Assembly (NCBI GenBank): GCA_041601615.1 | Contig: JBFIHX010000001.1 | Span: 160,001-224,000, forward strand | DNA: 64,000 nucleotides | Direction: 5' to 3' | DNA from: Thermoplasmatota archaeon | Lineage (GTDB): Archaea > Thermoplasmatota > E2 > JACPAO01 > JAHFTW01 | In this document: piece after piece, positions 37,737 to 46,522 of the stretch | How the letters are laid out: the number at the start of each line of letters is the position of its first letter | How positions within the stretch are numbered: the stretch's first letter is position 1 | Notes under the pieces: model-generated | What the model saw: the letters and a program-made list of their open reading frames with translations, nothing else | The model's database searches: none | What the model was told of the DNA's origin: nothing | Made by a program: the position numbers and the translations under genes

Positions 37737-38854
37737 AGTTGATCCTCCGTTTCCGGCCCGCCCGCAGCCATGATGGCGCTTGTGGTTTCTGCGATGGCAC
37801 CCACTTCGTCGAGCATATTGGAAAGGGCTGTGCCGATGCGACTGGCGCCATGGGCGGCGATGCCTTCGGCGGGGTCGGTGTCGCTTCCCCAGTGTTCGAC
37901 CACGGCGCCAAAGATGCGGTCCTGGAGTTCTTTTTGGGTCTGGGTGGCTCGGTCGTGGACTTGCAGGAGCGCCGAAGCGTCGCGTTTTGCCATGGCAGCC
38001 AAGAGGTCATGTACGAGTCCGTCAAGAGCGCCAAAAGCCAGTACAGCTGCCCGTCGCAAGGCTCTGGCCACTCCTGTTGGTACGGCGGGCCGTTCGATTT
38101 TTTCAAGCAAGTGGTTGCGCGGGTAGTCGAGGTCGCTGCGTTCAAGTCCATAAGCATCAAGCAGGACGTCGGCGACTACGAGAATTTGGCCGCTGACTTG
38201 GTGCAGGTCGCTGGCGGCCATGCCGAGCAGTTGGTATTCGGATACGGATTCGAGGGGAAGCTCTAGGGTCGCCACGAGGCGGAGGGCTTGGTGGAAGATG
38301 CGGCTGACGTCCTCTTCGTGCGTGTCTCGAAGGAGTCGGAGTCCGTGGAGGGTGCGGTCGGGGTCCACTGCATACGCTTCGACGCAATCGCGAGCGAGCC
38401 CGAGCATTTCGCGGATCTTGGCGCCCATCATCCACAACAAGTCGATGCCGCCGGTGCTGGGAGCGGGTAGGTCCGGGCGCAACCGGTAGCCGATGCGTTC
38501 TGGAGTCACGGTGGCGGCGAGTCGTTCATCAAGGTGGCGCAGGAAGTCGCGGGCGGCACTCATGCAGTCGTTGTCGAAGGCCCCAGAGGCGGGCGTGAGG
38601 TCGGCTTCGTCGTTGCCGCGCACATAGGCAGACAGCAGGTGTAAGCACACGGTGCGCTTTTCGACGGCGACCGTTGCTTGATTGGCCCGCCGCTGGATGG
38701 CTGGACTGACCAGGATGCTTTTGCCAATGTAGCGCAGCAGCACTTCCCGGCTCTCCTGTTGCGCTTCGTCCCAACCGTCGATCCATTTCTTGGGCAAATA
38801 GATGCTGAATGCACCGCTGCCGACGCGGGTGACACGCTTGCGCAGGATTTCCAC
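37733..38854 (-). CDS. AbrB-PhoU type regulator (archaeal phosphate-uptake regulator-like)
   Basis: N-terminal RVTRVGSGAFSIYLPKKW, LLSAYVRG and helical PhoU-like repeats; GTG start inferred. Confidence 0.8.
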   Translation of the reverse strand: MEILRKRVTRVGSGAFSIYLPKKWIDGWDEAQQESREVLLRYIGKSILVSPAIQRRANQATVAVEKRTVCLHLLSAYVRGNDEADLTPASGAFDNDCMSAARDFLRHLDERLAATVTPERIGYRLRPDLPAPSTGGIDLLWMMGAKIREMLGLARDCVEAYAVDPDRTLHGLRLLRDTHEEDVSRIFHQALRLVATLELPLESVSEYQLLGMAASDLHQVSGQILVVADVLLDAYGLERSDLDYPRNHLLEKIERPAVPTGVARALRRAAVLAFGALDGLVHDLLAAMAKRDASALLQVHDRATQTQKELQDRIFGAVVEHWGSDTDPAEGIAAHGASRIGTALSNMLDEVGAIAETTSAIMAAGGPETEDQL

Positions 38855-38956
38855 GCCGATGCAAAACTGGAATGTTACGTAAATTCTTGCCCAATTACTT
38901 GGCCCGCCGACGCCAGGCCACCCATGGTCTGAAATCCCGGCGTCCATGGCGGCCTC

Positions 38957-39592
38957 ATGATCGTCGATCCGGCCGTCGAATCCTGGCTGCATGCCCAAGC
39001 CCCCTCCGCCCCCGAAGTGGTCGTGGAAATGGAGCGCGTCGGTCTCGGTCGCGGATTTCCCATCATTGGCCCCCTCGTGGGACGGTTTTGCGAAGTGCTG
39101 GCCCGAAGCGTGGGCGCCCGGCGCGTCTTCGAAATGGGCAGCGGCTTTGGCTATTCGACGGCGTGGTTTGCGCAAGCCGTCGGACCCGAGGGCATGGTGG
39201 TTCACACCGACGGCAGCCGGGATTTATCGCGCGAAGCCCAGGGTTGGCTGAGAAAACTCGGGTGGCAAGACCGCGTCGATTTCCGGGTCGGCGACGCGCT
39301 CGACTTGCTGGAATCCGAGCCAGATGCCGATTCGTTCGACGTGGTATTCATTGACGTGGACAAGGACGCCTACCCCCGCGCATGGAACATCGCCAGCGAG
39401 CGCGTGCGCGTCGGCGGCCTCATCATCACCGACAATACACTCTGGCAGGGCAAAGTGGCGGACCCAATGCAAACCGACGAGTGGACGGAGGCAGTTCGAG
39501 AGTACCTGCGACGGGCGCAAGGGGACGCACGGTTTGTTACGAGCGTGCTGCCGCTGCGGGATGGGGTGGCGGTGAGTCTGAGGACTCACTAG
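38957..39592 (+). CDS. class I O-methyltransferase
   Basis: FPIIG, EMGSGFGYS, FIDVDK, DNTLW and LPLRDG motifs. Confidence 0.92.
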   Translation: MIVDPAVESWLHAQAPSAPEVVVEMERVGLGRGFPIIGPLVGRFCEVLARSVGARRVFEMGSGFGYSTAWFAQAVGPEGMVVHTDGSRDLSREAQGWLRKLGWQDRVDFRVGDALDLLESEPDADSFDVVFIDVDKDAYPRAWNIASERVRVGGLIITDNTLWQGKVADPMQTDEWTEAVREYLRRAQGDARFVTSVLPLRDGVAVSLRTH

Positions 39593-39696
39593 TGCAGCTA
39601 TTCATCACCTCTTCTCTCCTGATAAATTAGGGCCAGCGGGCCGCTTTGCGCCCGAGATAGTCCATTTCAAATATCTTGCACACCTAAGGGTATGTG

Positions 39697-40053
39697 ATGA
39701 CCCAAGCGTGGGCGCTTCCTCCGCAAGACCGAGACTTCAGCCTCGCCGCGAAGCTCCTTGCCAAGGACCCGCCCCTGGACCGGCGCATCGTAGAAGCGCT
39801 CGTGGGGACCCCCAAGCGCTACAGCGAACTCAAACCGCTCTTGGGCGGCCGCAACGACAACGTCCTCACCAAGGCACTGCACCGTTTGCGCAACGAGGGC
39901 ATCATCCAGCAGGGCCTCAGCCACGACCTCAAGGAGACGCGGTACATGCTGACGGAACTTGGCAAACTCGTGATTTTCCGCCTCCACGAGATGATTCCCC
40001 ACCACCAGAGCATCGAGGCCTATCAGCGCGGCATGGCTGCCCTGCATCCATGA
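39697..40053 (+). CDS. HxlR-family winged-helix regulator
   Basis: PKRYSELK...VLTKALHRLRNEGII...YMLTELG. Confidence 0.85.
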   Translation: MTQAWALPPQDRDFSLAAKLLAKDPPLDRRIVEALVGTPKRYSELKPLLGGRNDNVLTKALHRLRNEGIIQQGLSHDLKETRYMLTELGKLVIFRLHEMIPHHQSIEAYQRGMAALHP

Positions 40054-40511
40054 GTGTGGACCGTCCCACCGGCTGGACGGACGTGGTGCGCCAATACTGG
40101 CCGCAAACCCAAGGTTATCTGTTGGCAAGCACGGAACCCTGCCTCTCCATTCGAGAGGAGGAACTGGCGGCGGTTCGCGACAACCGAGTGCTCGTGGGCA
40201 TTGGATTCGATGAACTTGCAGCGTGGACGCCTCCAGAATCCTGGCTCCTTGGCGTGGTCGTTTGCCCCAAGGATGAGCTTGGGCCGCTTGTTTCGTGGCT
40301 CAAGGGCCGAAAGCAAGACGCGCACCGCATCCACTTGTACCTGCATCCGGAGACGCCGTGGTCCGTGTTGATTTCGTGGCAAGAAGCCGGGCTCCCGGTG
40401 GATCGCGTGGACGTGGATGTGGATTCATGGCCGCGCCTTCACAAGCTCTTCGGGCTTGCTCTGAACGACCGCGTTTACGCCGATGCCGATGCGGACGCCG
40501 CTACGGTTTGA
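40050..40511 (+). CDS. hypothetical protein
   Basis: ATGA-coupled to the HxlR gene; 153 aa with globular composition. Confidence 0.7.
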   Translation: MSVDRPTGWTDVVRQYWPQTQGYLLASTEPCLSIREEELAAVRDNRVLVGIGFDELAAWTPPESWLLGVVVCPKDELGPLVSWLKGRKQDAHRIHLYLHPETPWSVLISWQEAGLPVDRVDVDVDSWPRLHKLFGLALNDRVYADADADAATV

Positions 40512-41157
40512 CTTTCCCGTCCGCTCCGAAGCTGCGGTAGCCGCCCCAGAAGCGCTGCACCGTGGTGAATGCGCCCATAATGGCGAAGTAGGTGAGCATC
40601 CAGCCGAGCAGACTCATGCCCCAAGCGTCGCCGCCAATGTGGTCCCAGCCGAAGCGCGGGCCGAGGCCGGCCTGCGCCACCGGAATCACAAGCAACAGGA
40701 CCATACGATCGGCGCGACCCAGGAGACCACCGTAGTTGCGGCCGATACCGACGGCTTGTGCTTGGGTGCCGAGGTAGCTGGTGAGAAGCGTGAAGACGAC
40801 GGCGGCAAAACCGATGCGCAAGTCGGCCCAGGGGCTAAGTGCGATGCCACCGATGAACAATACGTCGCTGAACCGGTCGATGGCGTGGTCTAGGTAGTCG
40901 CCCTTGGGTGTGCAGCGGTCCGTCATTTTGGCCACTTTGCCATCCAGCAAGTCCAGGACGCTGTTGGCAAGCACCATGCCCCAGGCAAGCCACAGCCAGC
41001 CTTCCCGGCCAGGGCCGCTGGTGTAGAAGGCCCAGCCACCTACGAAGGCGGCTATGAGGCTCACCCAAGTGAAGACGTTCGGATCTATGCGGCGCAGTGC
41101 CTTGGCCAGGGGTGTCAGCCACCAGTCGAGACGGTGCCGTTGTTTGTCGAGAACCAT
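40501..41157 (-). CDS. CDP-alcohol phosphatidyltransferase
   Basis: DLLDGKVAK...GDYLDHAIDR signature. Confidence 0.93.
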   Translation of the reverse strand: MVLDKQRHRLDWWLTPLAKALRRIDPNVFTWVSLIAAFVGGWAFYTSGPGREGWLWLAWGMVLANSVLDLLDGKVAKMTDRCTPKGDYLDHAIDRFSDVLFIGGIALSPWADLRIGFAAVVFTLLTSYLGTQAQAVGIGRNYGGLLGRADRMVLLLVIPVAQAGLGPRFGWDHIGGDAWGMSLLGWMLTYFAIMGAFTTVQRFWGGYRSFGADGKVKP

Positions 41158-41161
41158 GTCA

Positions 41162-41698
41162 TCACCGCAGGAGCCACGCGCTCCAGTCTATCGGCTCCAA
41201 GTCCGTGGTATTTAGGGGATTTCCTTTCTTGTTCACGAACGACGACAGTAGCTCTTCGGGGCTTCGGCGCGTGCCGTCCCGCTGCACCACGACGAGGTCT
41301 TCTTCAGCTGCTTCTTGGAGTACGAGGTCCATCGCTTCTGCCTCGAGGTTCTCCTGGATTTTGCTTTCTTTGTAGCCACGGGCGCGCAGGCGGCCTTCCA
41401 GTACGAACGGGTCGCAGCGGATGAGCCAGACGGCATCCACCGGCAGCAAGTGGCTTAGATGGCCATCCAGGATTTCGATGCCCCGCGCCGGGTTGGCGTC
41501 GTCGGCTTTCTGCATTTCTTCGTAGAGCCGATCGATATCCAGTACGTCTGCTGCGTCCTCGGCGTCGTGACCCACCACGAGCCCGTGTGCTTGGGCCAAT
41601 TCCAACACTCCCGTGCATGGCCAGCCGAAGCGCTCGCCTGCCATATGGGCCAGTGTGGATTTTCCGACGCCGGGTGTGCCGGTGATGGCGATGCGCAC
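41162..41698 (-). CDS. adenylate kinase, AK6/Fap7 type
   Basis: ITGTPGVGKST, DGHLSH and KIQENLEAE motifs; GTG start. Confidence 0.9.
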   Translation of the reverse strand: MRIAITGTPGVGKSTLAHMAGERFGWPCTGVLELAQAHGLVVGHDAEDAADVLDIDRLYEEMQKADDANPARGIEILDGHLSHLLPVDAVWLIRCDPFVLEGRLRARGYKESKIQENLEAEAMDLVLQEAAEEDLVVVQRDGTRRSPEELLSSFVNKKGNPLNTTDLEPIDWSAWLLR

Positions 41699-41699
41699 G

Positions 41700-43010
41700 C
41701 TACACCGTGAGCGGGGCTTGGATGAGGTTGTGCCACTCGTACCCGCCAAGCTTCTCGTCGTTGAAGCAGTACTGAACGGTTTGCCGGTCAGCGCGGAAGG
41801 TGGCGACGTCCGCTGCTACGGCGGCAGGATCCACGCCCTTGAGAAGGACGCGCTCGAAGCACTCGGCCACGAAGTCCATGTCGTTCTTGTCCATGCCCAC
41901 GCGAGTCATTTCCTGGACGCCGAGGCGCAGGCCGGACGGGTGCAACGGCTTGGTGTCGCCGGGAAGCATGTTCATGTTGGTGATGATGCCGGCGTCTTCG
42001 AGGAGCGCTGCGGCTTCGGCACCGGCGCTGCTGTCGGGCGTTCCGTGCCGGGTGACTACTTGGTGGCTCTGGGTGTAGCTGCGGGCCTCTCCGAGTACAT
42101 CGAAGCCACGCGAGGCGAGGCTTGCGGCGAGCGCTTGGGCGTTGGCGACGATGTCGCGTGCGTAGTCGCGGCCGTAGGCTTGGAATTCAGCGAGGGCGAC
42201 GACTTTGCCTGCCATGTGGTGCAGGTGGTAGTTGCTGCAAACCCCGGGGAACACGCCACTGTTGAGGCGGCGTTGGAATTTGCCGTCGTCCGAGTCCGAG
42301 AGAACGAATCCGCCTTGGGGGCCGGGGAACGTCTTGTGGCTGCTGCCCGTGAGCACATCCGCACCTTCGCGCAGGGGGTCTTGGAATTGGCCGCCTGCAA
42401 TGAGACCGAGAACGTGGGCTCCGTCGTACATGACGTGGGCGCCGACATCCTTGGCCGCCTCCGCGACCTCCTTCATGGGCGTCGGGAACAGGATCATGCT
42501 TTGGCCAAATAACGCGAGTTTGGGTTTGACCTCGTGGATCATCTTCACGGCGGCGTCGATGTCGATTTGCATGTCTTCGACGAGCCACGGGTAGGTGTGC
42601 AGGTCGAGGCCGCGCATCCCAACGGCGCCCATGTTGGCGTGGCTGATGTGGCCGCCGTCGGCGGTGCTTACGGCGGTGATTTTGTCCCCGGGCTTGGTAA
42701 GTGCCTTCAGAACCGCGAGGTTGCTATTGGTGCCACTGGTGCTTTGGATGTTGGCAAACCGGGCGCCAAACACATCCTGGGCCAATTCGATACCGAGTGC
42801 TTCGATTTCGTCAAATGGCTTGCAGCCTTGGTAGTAGCGTTTGCCGGGCAATCCTTCGGCGTAGCGACCGTGCAGGTCCGTGACCAGCATTTCTTGGACG
42901 CGGGGAGAAACAATGTTCTCGCTGGCAATCATTGGCAAGCCGTTGCGAAATTGCGTCGTGCTGCGCTGTGCGGCGTTTCGCACGAGGTCGACGGCGGCGC
43001 GGGGGTCCAC
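41700..43010 (-). CDS. glyA: serine hydroxymethyltransferase
   Basis: IASEN, YAEGLPGKRYY, GGHISH and SSHKTFPGPQGG motifs. Confidence 0.97.
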   Translation of the reverse strand: MDPRAAVDLVRNAAQRSTTQFRNGLPMIASENIVSPRVQEMLVTDLHGRYAEGLPGKRYYQGCKPFDEIEALGIELAQDVFGARFANIQSTSGTNSNLAVLKALTKPGDKITAVSTADGGHISHANMGAVGMRGLDLHTYPWLVEDMQIDIDAAVKMIHEVKPKLALFGQSMILFPTPMKEVAEAAKDVGAHVMYDGAHVLGLIAGGQFQDPLREGADVLTGSSHKTFPGPQGGFVLSDSDDGKFQRRLNSGVFPGVCSNYHLHHMAGKVVALAEFQAYGRDYARDIVANAQALAASLASRGFDVLGEARSYTQSHQVVTRHGTPDSSAGAEAAALLEDAGIITNMNMLPGDTKPLHPSGLRLGVQEMTRVGMDKNDMDFVAECFERVLLKGVDPAAVAADVATFRADRQTVQYCFNDEKLGGYEWHNLIQAPLTV

Positions 43011-43302
43011 GAGGCCGCGACGAGGCGGCGGTTCAAGAGGGAATCGGAGGAGGGGCAGCGGGTTTGGCGGTGGCTCGGTGCGGACCGCTCCCGCCGCATA
43101 TGCACTGGTTCGGCGCCATTAGGCAGCGCGAGAAAACCGGGAAATTTGTGTCATCGTTTTGCGGGCGTTGGTGTTCATGTCAATCCCTGCGCGAGGCTTG
43201 GGCACCTTACGGAGTGCAGGCAACTAGCTGCCAATACATGCCGGTTAGAAGGGGGCAATAGTATGATAAGGTTGTAAGTTATTATGTCCTCGGAGTCAAA
43301 CT

Positions 43303-44301
43303 ATGACAAGCAAGTACAATAGCAGAGTTTATGCAATTTTTGCCATTTTGACTGTGGCATTAGCACCACTTCCTACGGGGGCGACATTGTTAGAGACTGG
43401 CTCCACTTGCCTACAGGACGAAGATCCCGTCGGGTCGGCGGGGGTCGGCTATGTTGCACAGCGTATTCTGCCATTATGTGTAGGCACCCATGCTGCGGTA
43501 AGCGTTGCGGCCAGTGAGCGAACTACATGCATTCTCTTGTCCAATGCCAACGTCGATTGTTATGGAACTAATGGGCCCCAAAAACAGGACGACTATGGAG
43601 TGGGTGACGCCATTGCCGTTGCAACCTCTGCGGCCCATACGTGCGTGCTCTTGGCGTCTGGTAACGTCCACTGCTATGGTGACAACAGCTACGGCCAGAG
43701 AGTTGCATACTCTGGTGGCGATGCGACAGCAATCGCGACCGGATGGCGCCATACGTGCGTGCTGTATTCAACTGGAAACGTCGACTGCCACGGCGATAAT
43801 AGCGAAGGGCAATCCAACGACTATTCGGGTGGCGACGCCATTGCAATCACGGCCCATGGCGCAAACACATGCATACTCTTGTCGAACGGAAACGTCGATT
43901 GTGCCGGGAGGCTTCATGACGCGCCAACGGACGACTATTTTGGTGGCGACGCTGTCGCAGTTGCATCGGGCTACGCCCACACCTGTGTGCTCTTGGTCAA
44001 CGGAAATGTCGATTGCTACGGCCGCAATTGGCTACATCAGCCAGCAGGCTACACGGGTGGCGACGCAATTTCCCTCGCGTCGGGCTCCAGCCATAGATGT
44101 TTGCTAAAAACAAATGGAAATGTCGATTGCAGCGGCTGGAACGTCAACGGGCAGGCCAATGACTACTTGGGGGGCAAAGCAATCGCCATAGCGACCGGAG
44201 CCGCCCACACATGTATTGTGCTGAATACGGGCGACGTGGAGTGCTATGGATACAACAACGATGGCCAGGCAGCCGATTATACATATGTGGCCCCTCCTTG
44301 A
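43303..44301 (+). CDS. secreted RCC1/BLIP-II-like seven-bladed beta-propeller
   Basis: Signal peptide; seven 38-aa repeats AIAxAxGxxHTCxLxxxGNVDCxGxNxxGQxxDYxGGD. Confidence 0.88.
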   Translation: MTSKYNSRVYAIFAILTVALAPLPTGATLLETGSTCLQDEDPVGSAGVGYVAQRILPLCVGTHAAVSVAASERTTCILLSNANVDCYGTNGPQKQDDYGVGDAIAVATSAAHTCVLLASGNVHCYGDNSYGQRVAYSGGDATAIATGWRHTCVLYSTGNVDCHGDNSEGQSNDYSGGDAIAITAHGANTCILLSNGNVDCAGRLHDAPTDDYFGGDAVAVASGYAHTCVLLVNGNVDCYGRNWLHQPAGYTGGDAISLASGSSHRCLLKTNGNVDCSGWNVNGQANDYLGGKAIAIATGAAHTCIVLNTGDVECYGYNNDGQAADYTYVAPP

Positions 44302-44526
44302 TGACGGCCAATTGTGAAGGAAACGGAATGGCAATAGCATCACGGTGGCGCGATTGACACGTGGTTAAGCAAGCGGCGATCATACGCCAGCGCCTTCCCG
44401 CGTTCAATTTTCTCCGAGGTCCGATGCCGGACTCTATAGTTGTTCGTATTGAATCTATATGCGCCCAAGAAATCGCTCAACGCGACCTCGCTCCGCTCGG
44501 CCGGTTAAACCGTAGCCGATCGTTGC

Positions 44527-44745
44527 TTAGAGAGCGCAAGCGATGAGGCGGTCCGGGAATGTGGTCCAGTGGCCGCTGCCGACACATTCGTCGTAGCAAG
44601 TGAGGGCGCGATTTGCGAAGCCGCTCCAGTGGCCAGTAGCGGTGCATTCTTGGTAGCCGATGATGCCGGGTTCCGCCGAGGCAACGGGTGCGGCGGTGAT
44701 GGCGGCAAGGATGAGGAGTGCGGAGACCATAATGGCGCGATCCAT
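44527..44745 (-). CDS. small secreted Cys-loop peptide 1 (72 aa)
   Basis: Signal peptide ending ASA; mature part is two 20-aa repeats YxECxxxGHWxxFxxRxxxC. Confidence 0.8.
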   Translation of the reverse strand: MDRAIMVSALLILAAITAAPVASAEPGIIGYQECTATGHWSGFANRALTCYDECVGSGHWTTFPDRLIACAL

Positions 44746-44873
44746 GCGTTCGAATGAAGCGGGCGCACTTGATGGTATCTCGGGACGATTGCTGAACGTC
44801 TTGGGCGGGACACCATGGAAAGTTTCAGTTAGGTACGGCGCCCCAGGAAGGGAGAGGCATGGAGGGGTTGATT

Positions 44874-45084
44874 TTAGAGTCGCTCTGTGGGGTGTGGGCG
44901 CCAACTCTGGCAAGGTGGAAAATGGCGTTGATGCACAAGCCGACCTCGTTGCGTGGCGGGTTGCGGCGGCACCAGGTCGATGCAGATGCGTGGAGCGTCT
45001 AGGATACGGTCGTTCCAAGTACCGGCGTCCAGGGCGGGTCCCGCGAGGCATGCGAGAAGGAGGAGGCAGAGGGTGGATTTGCAA
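44874..45084 (-). pseudogene. possible decayed secreted-peptide gene
   Basis: KSTLCLLLLACLAGPA signal-like stretch one base out of frame from the TTG at 45084, then GTWNDRILDAPRIC. Confidence 0.3.
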
Positions 45085-45085
45085 T

Positions 45086-45376
45086 CTAGAGGCAGCCGAG
45101 CACGTAGGCAGGCGGGCTGTAGAGCACGTTGTAGCCGTAGATGCAATCCAAGGTGGGGCCTACTTCGTCTCCTACGCGGTCGGCAACGTCTAGGGCTGCG
45201 TGTAGGGCAATGTTGGTCAAATCTTCGCCAAGGCAGACGTAGTTCCAGCCGGGCGGGGGCGACGGGTACCAGTGGACGGTGTCACAGGGCCCTCGAAGGT
45301 GGTCGGCGGACGCGGTCGGCGTTGCGGCAATGGCGGCCAGTAGCAGGATCGAGGCGGCAAAAAGAGCGCGAACCAT
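45086..45376 (-). CDS. small secreted Cys-loop peptide 2 (96 aa)
   Basis: Signal peptide MVRAL...TASA; four mature Cys; ends AYVLGCL. Confidence 0.8.
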   Translation of the reverse strand: MVRALFAASILLLAAIAATPTASADHLRGPCDTVHWYPSPPPGWNYVCLGEDLTNIALHAALDVADRVGDEVGPTLDCIYGYNVLYSPPAYVLGCL

Positions 45377-45613
45377 ATGCATTGTATCGACCCAATCCAG
45401 ATGACCATTGTTCGGGACATGTGGAGAAGAAAGGATTGACGCGCTCACCAAAGAATCAGGAGGCCCAAGGCGAGACGGAGGCGGCCTACCGAGCCTCGCC
45501 GAGGTGCCCGCTCATGGGGAACGAAAAGGAATGGGCGACAAATCAGAATCAGCGCCCGCAAGCACCGACGTCGTGAATGATGGGAGAAAGGGGAAGAATG
45601 CGGACGGCGCGCC

Positions 45614-45865
45614 TTAGAGGCAGCCAATCACGTATGCGATGTTGACCGTGAGCGGATTCGCGCTGGCCATGCATTGGTAGAAATCGAGGAAGGGCTCAAG
45701 CGCCGTTCCAGCCCCGGACGTCACGGCACAAATGTAGTGCTCGGGCGAGGGGTTCTGGAAAATCGTATAGATGTGGCAGTCCGGTTCGTCGTGAGCGGCA
45801 GACGTGGACGGCATGAGAAAGAGCGATGCCAAAAGAAGGCATGCAACAGAGATGGATCGAACCAT
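45614..45865 (-). CDS. small secreted Cys-loop peptide 3 (83 aa)
   Basis: Signal peptide MVRSI...TSA; four mature Cys; ends AYVIGCL. Confidence 0.8.
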   Translation of the reverse strand: MVRSISVACLLLASLFLMPSTSAAHDEPDCHIYTIFQNPSPEHYICAVTSGAGTALEPFLDFYQCMASANPLTVNIAYVIGCL

Positions 45866-46122
45866 AAAGTGCCGTATGGGCGCCAAGGGATAGGGGTTCC
45901 TGGCGATGAATGATGTATTCAGCGGAACCGATGCAGGGGTTGCCAAATTTTCAAAAAATGCATTCCCTGTCAAGGAAAAGCCCCCCCGCCAAAGGAAGGT
46001 CACTGCGCAATCCAAGACAAGAAGGAACCCAATCGCGTCTGCGCCCTGCACCTGCGGTGTTCGCGGCCCGCGACCCCACCTCTTGAATACCCCTTCCCGC
46101 TCGCGCGGCTCAGGGGCAAACC

Positions 46123-46368
46123 ATGGTCCGCGCCGAGGTCATCATCCACTTGAAACCGGGCATCAGCGACCCGGAAGGAAGCAACACCACGAAGGCGTTG
46201 CATTTGCTCGGCTTTGACGCCGTCCAATCCGTCCAGACCACGAAGATCTGGGAAATCGAACTCGGTGACCTTGCCGAGGACGAAGCCCGCGATCAAGTGG
46301 ACCGCATGTGTCGACGTTTGCTCACCAACCCAGTCATCCACGACTATTCGGTGGAGATTCGGAGCTAG
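46123..46368 (+). CDS. purS: FGAM synthase subunit PurS
   Basis: LKPGISDPEG and LLTNPVI motifs. Confidence 0.96.
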   Translation: MVRAEVIIHLKPGISDPEGSNTTKALHLLGFDAVQSVQTTKIWEIELGDLAEDEARDQVDRMCRRLLTNPVIHDYSVEIRS

Positions 46369-46369
46369 C

Positions 46370-46522
46370 ATGACGCACCCCGCCAACAAGAAGCGTACCC
46401 ACAACGCCGCCGCGCGCGACGCAGCTCGCAGCAACGGGGATGTTGCGGTGCGGGGCACGACGCCCACGAGGCGCAGCCGGTACGGGGACAAACTTCGTGC
46501 ACTTCAGGAGGAGAAGGAATGA
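46370..46522 (+). CDS. small basic hypothetical protein inside the purS-purL operon
   Basis: ATG 1 nt after the purS stop; its TGA overlaps the purL ATG; 50 aa. Confidence 0.5.
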   Translation: MTHPANKKRTHNAAARDAARSNGDVAVRGTTPTRRSRYGDKLRALQEEKE

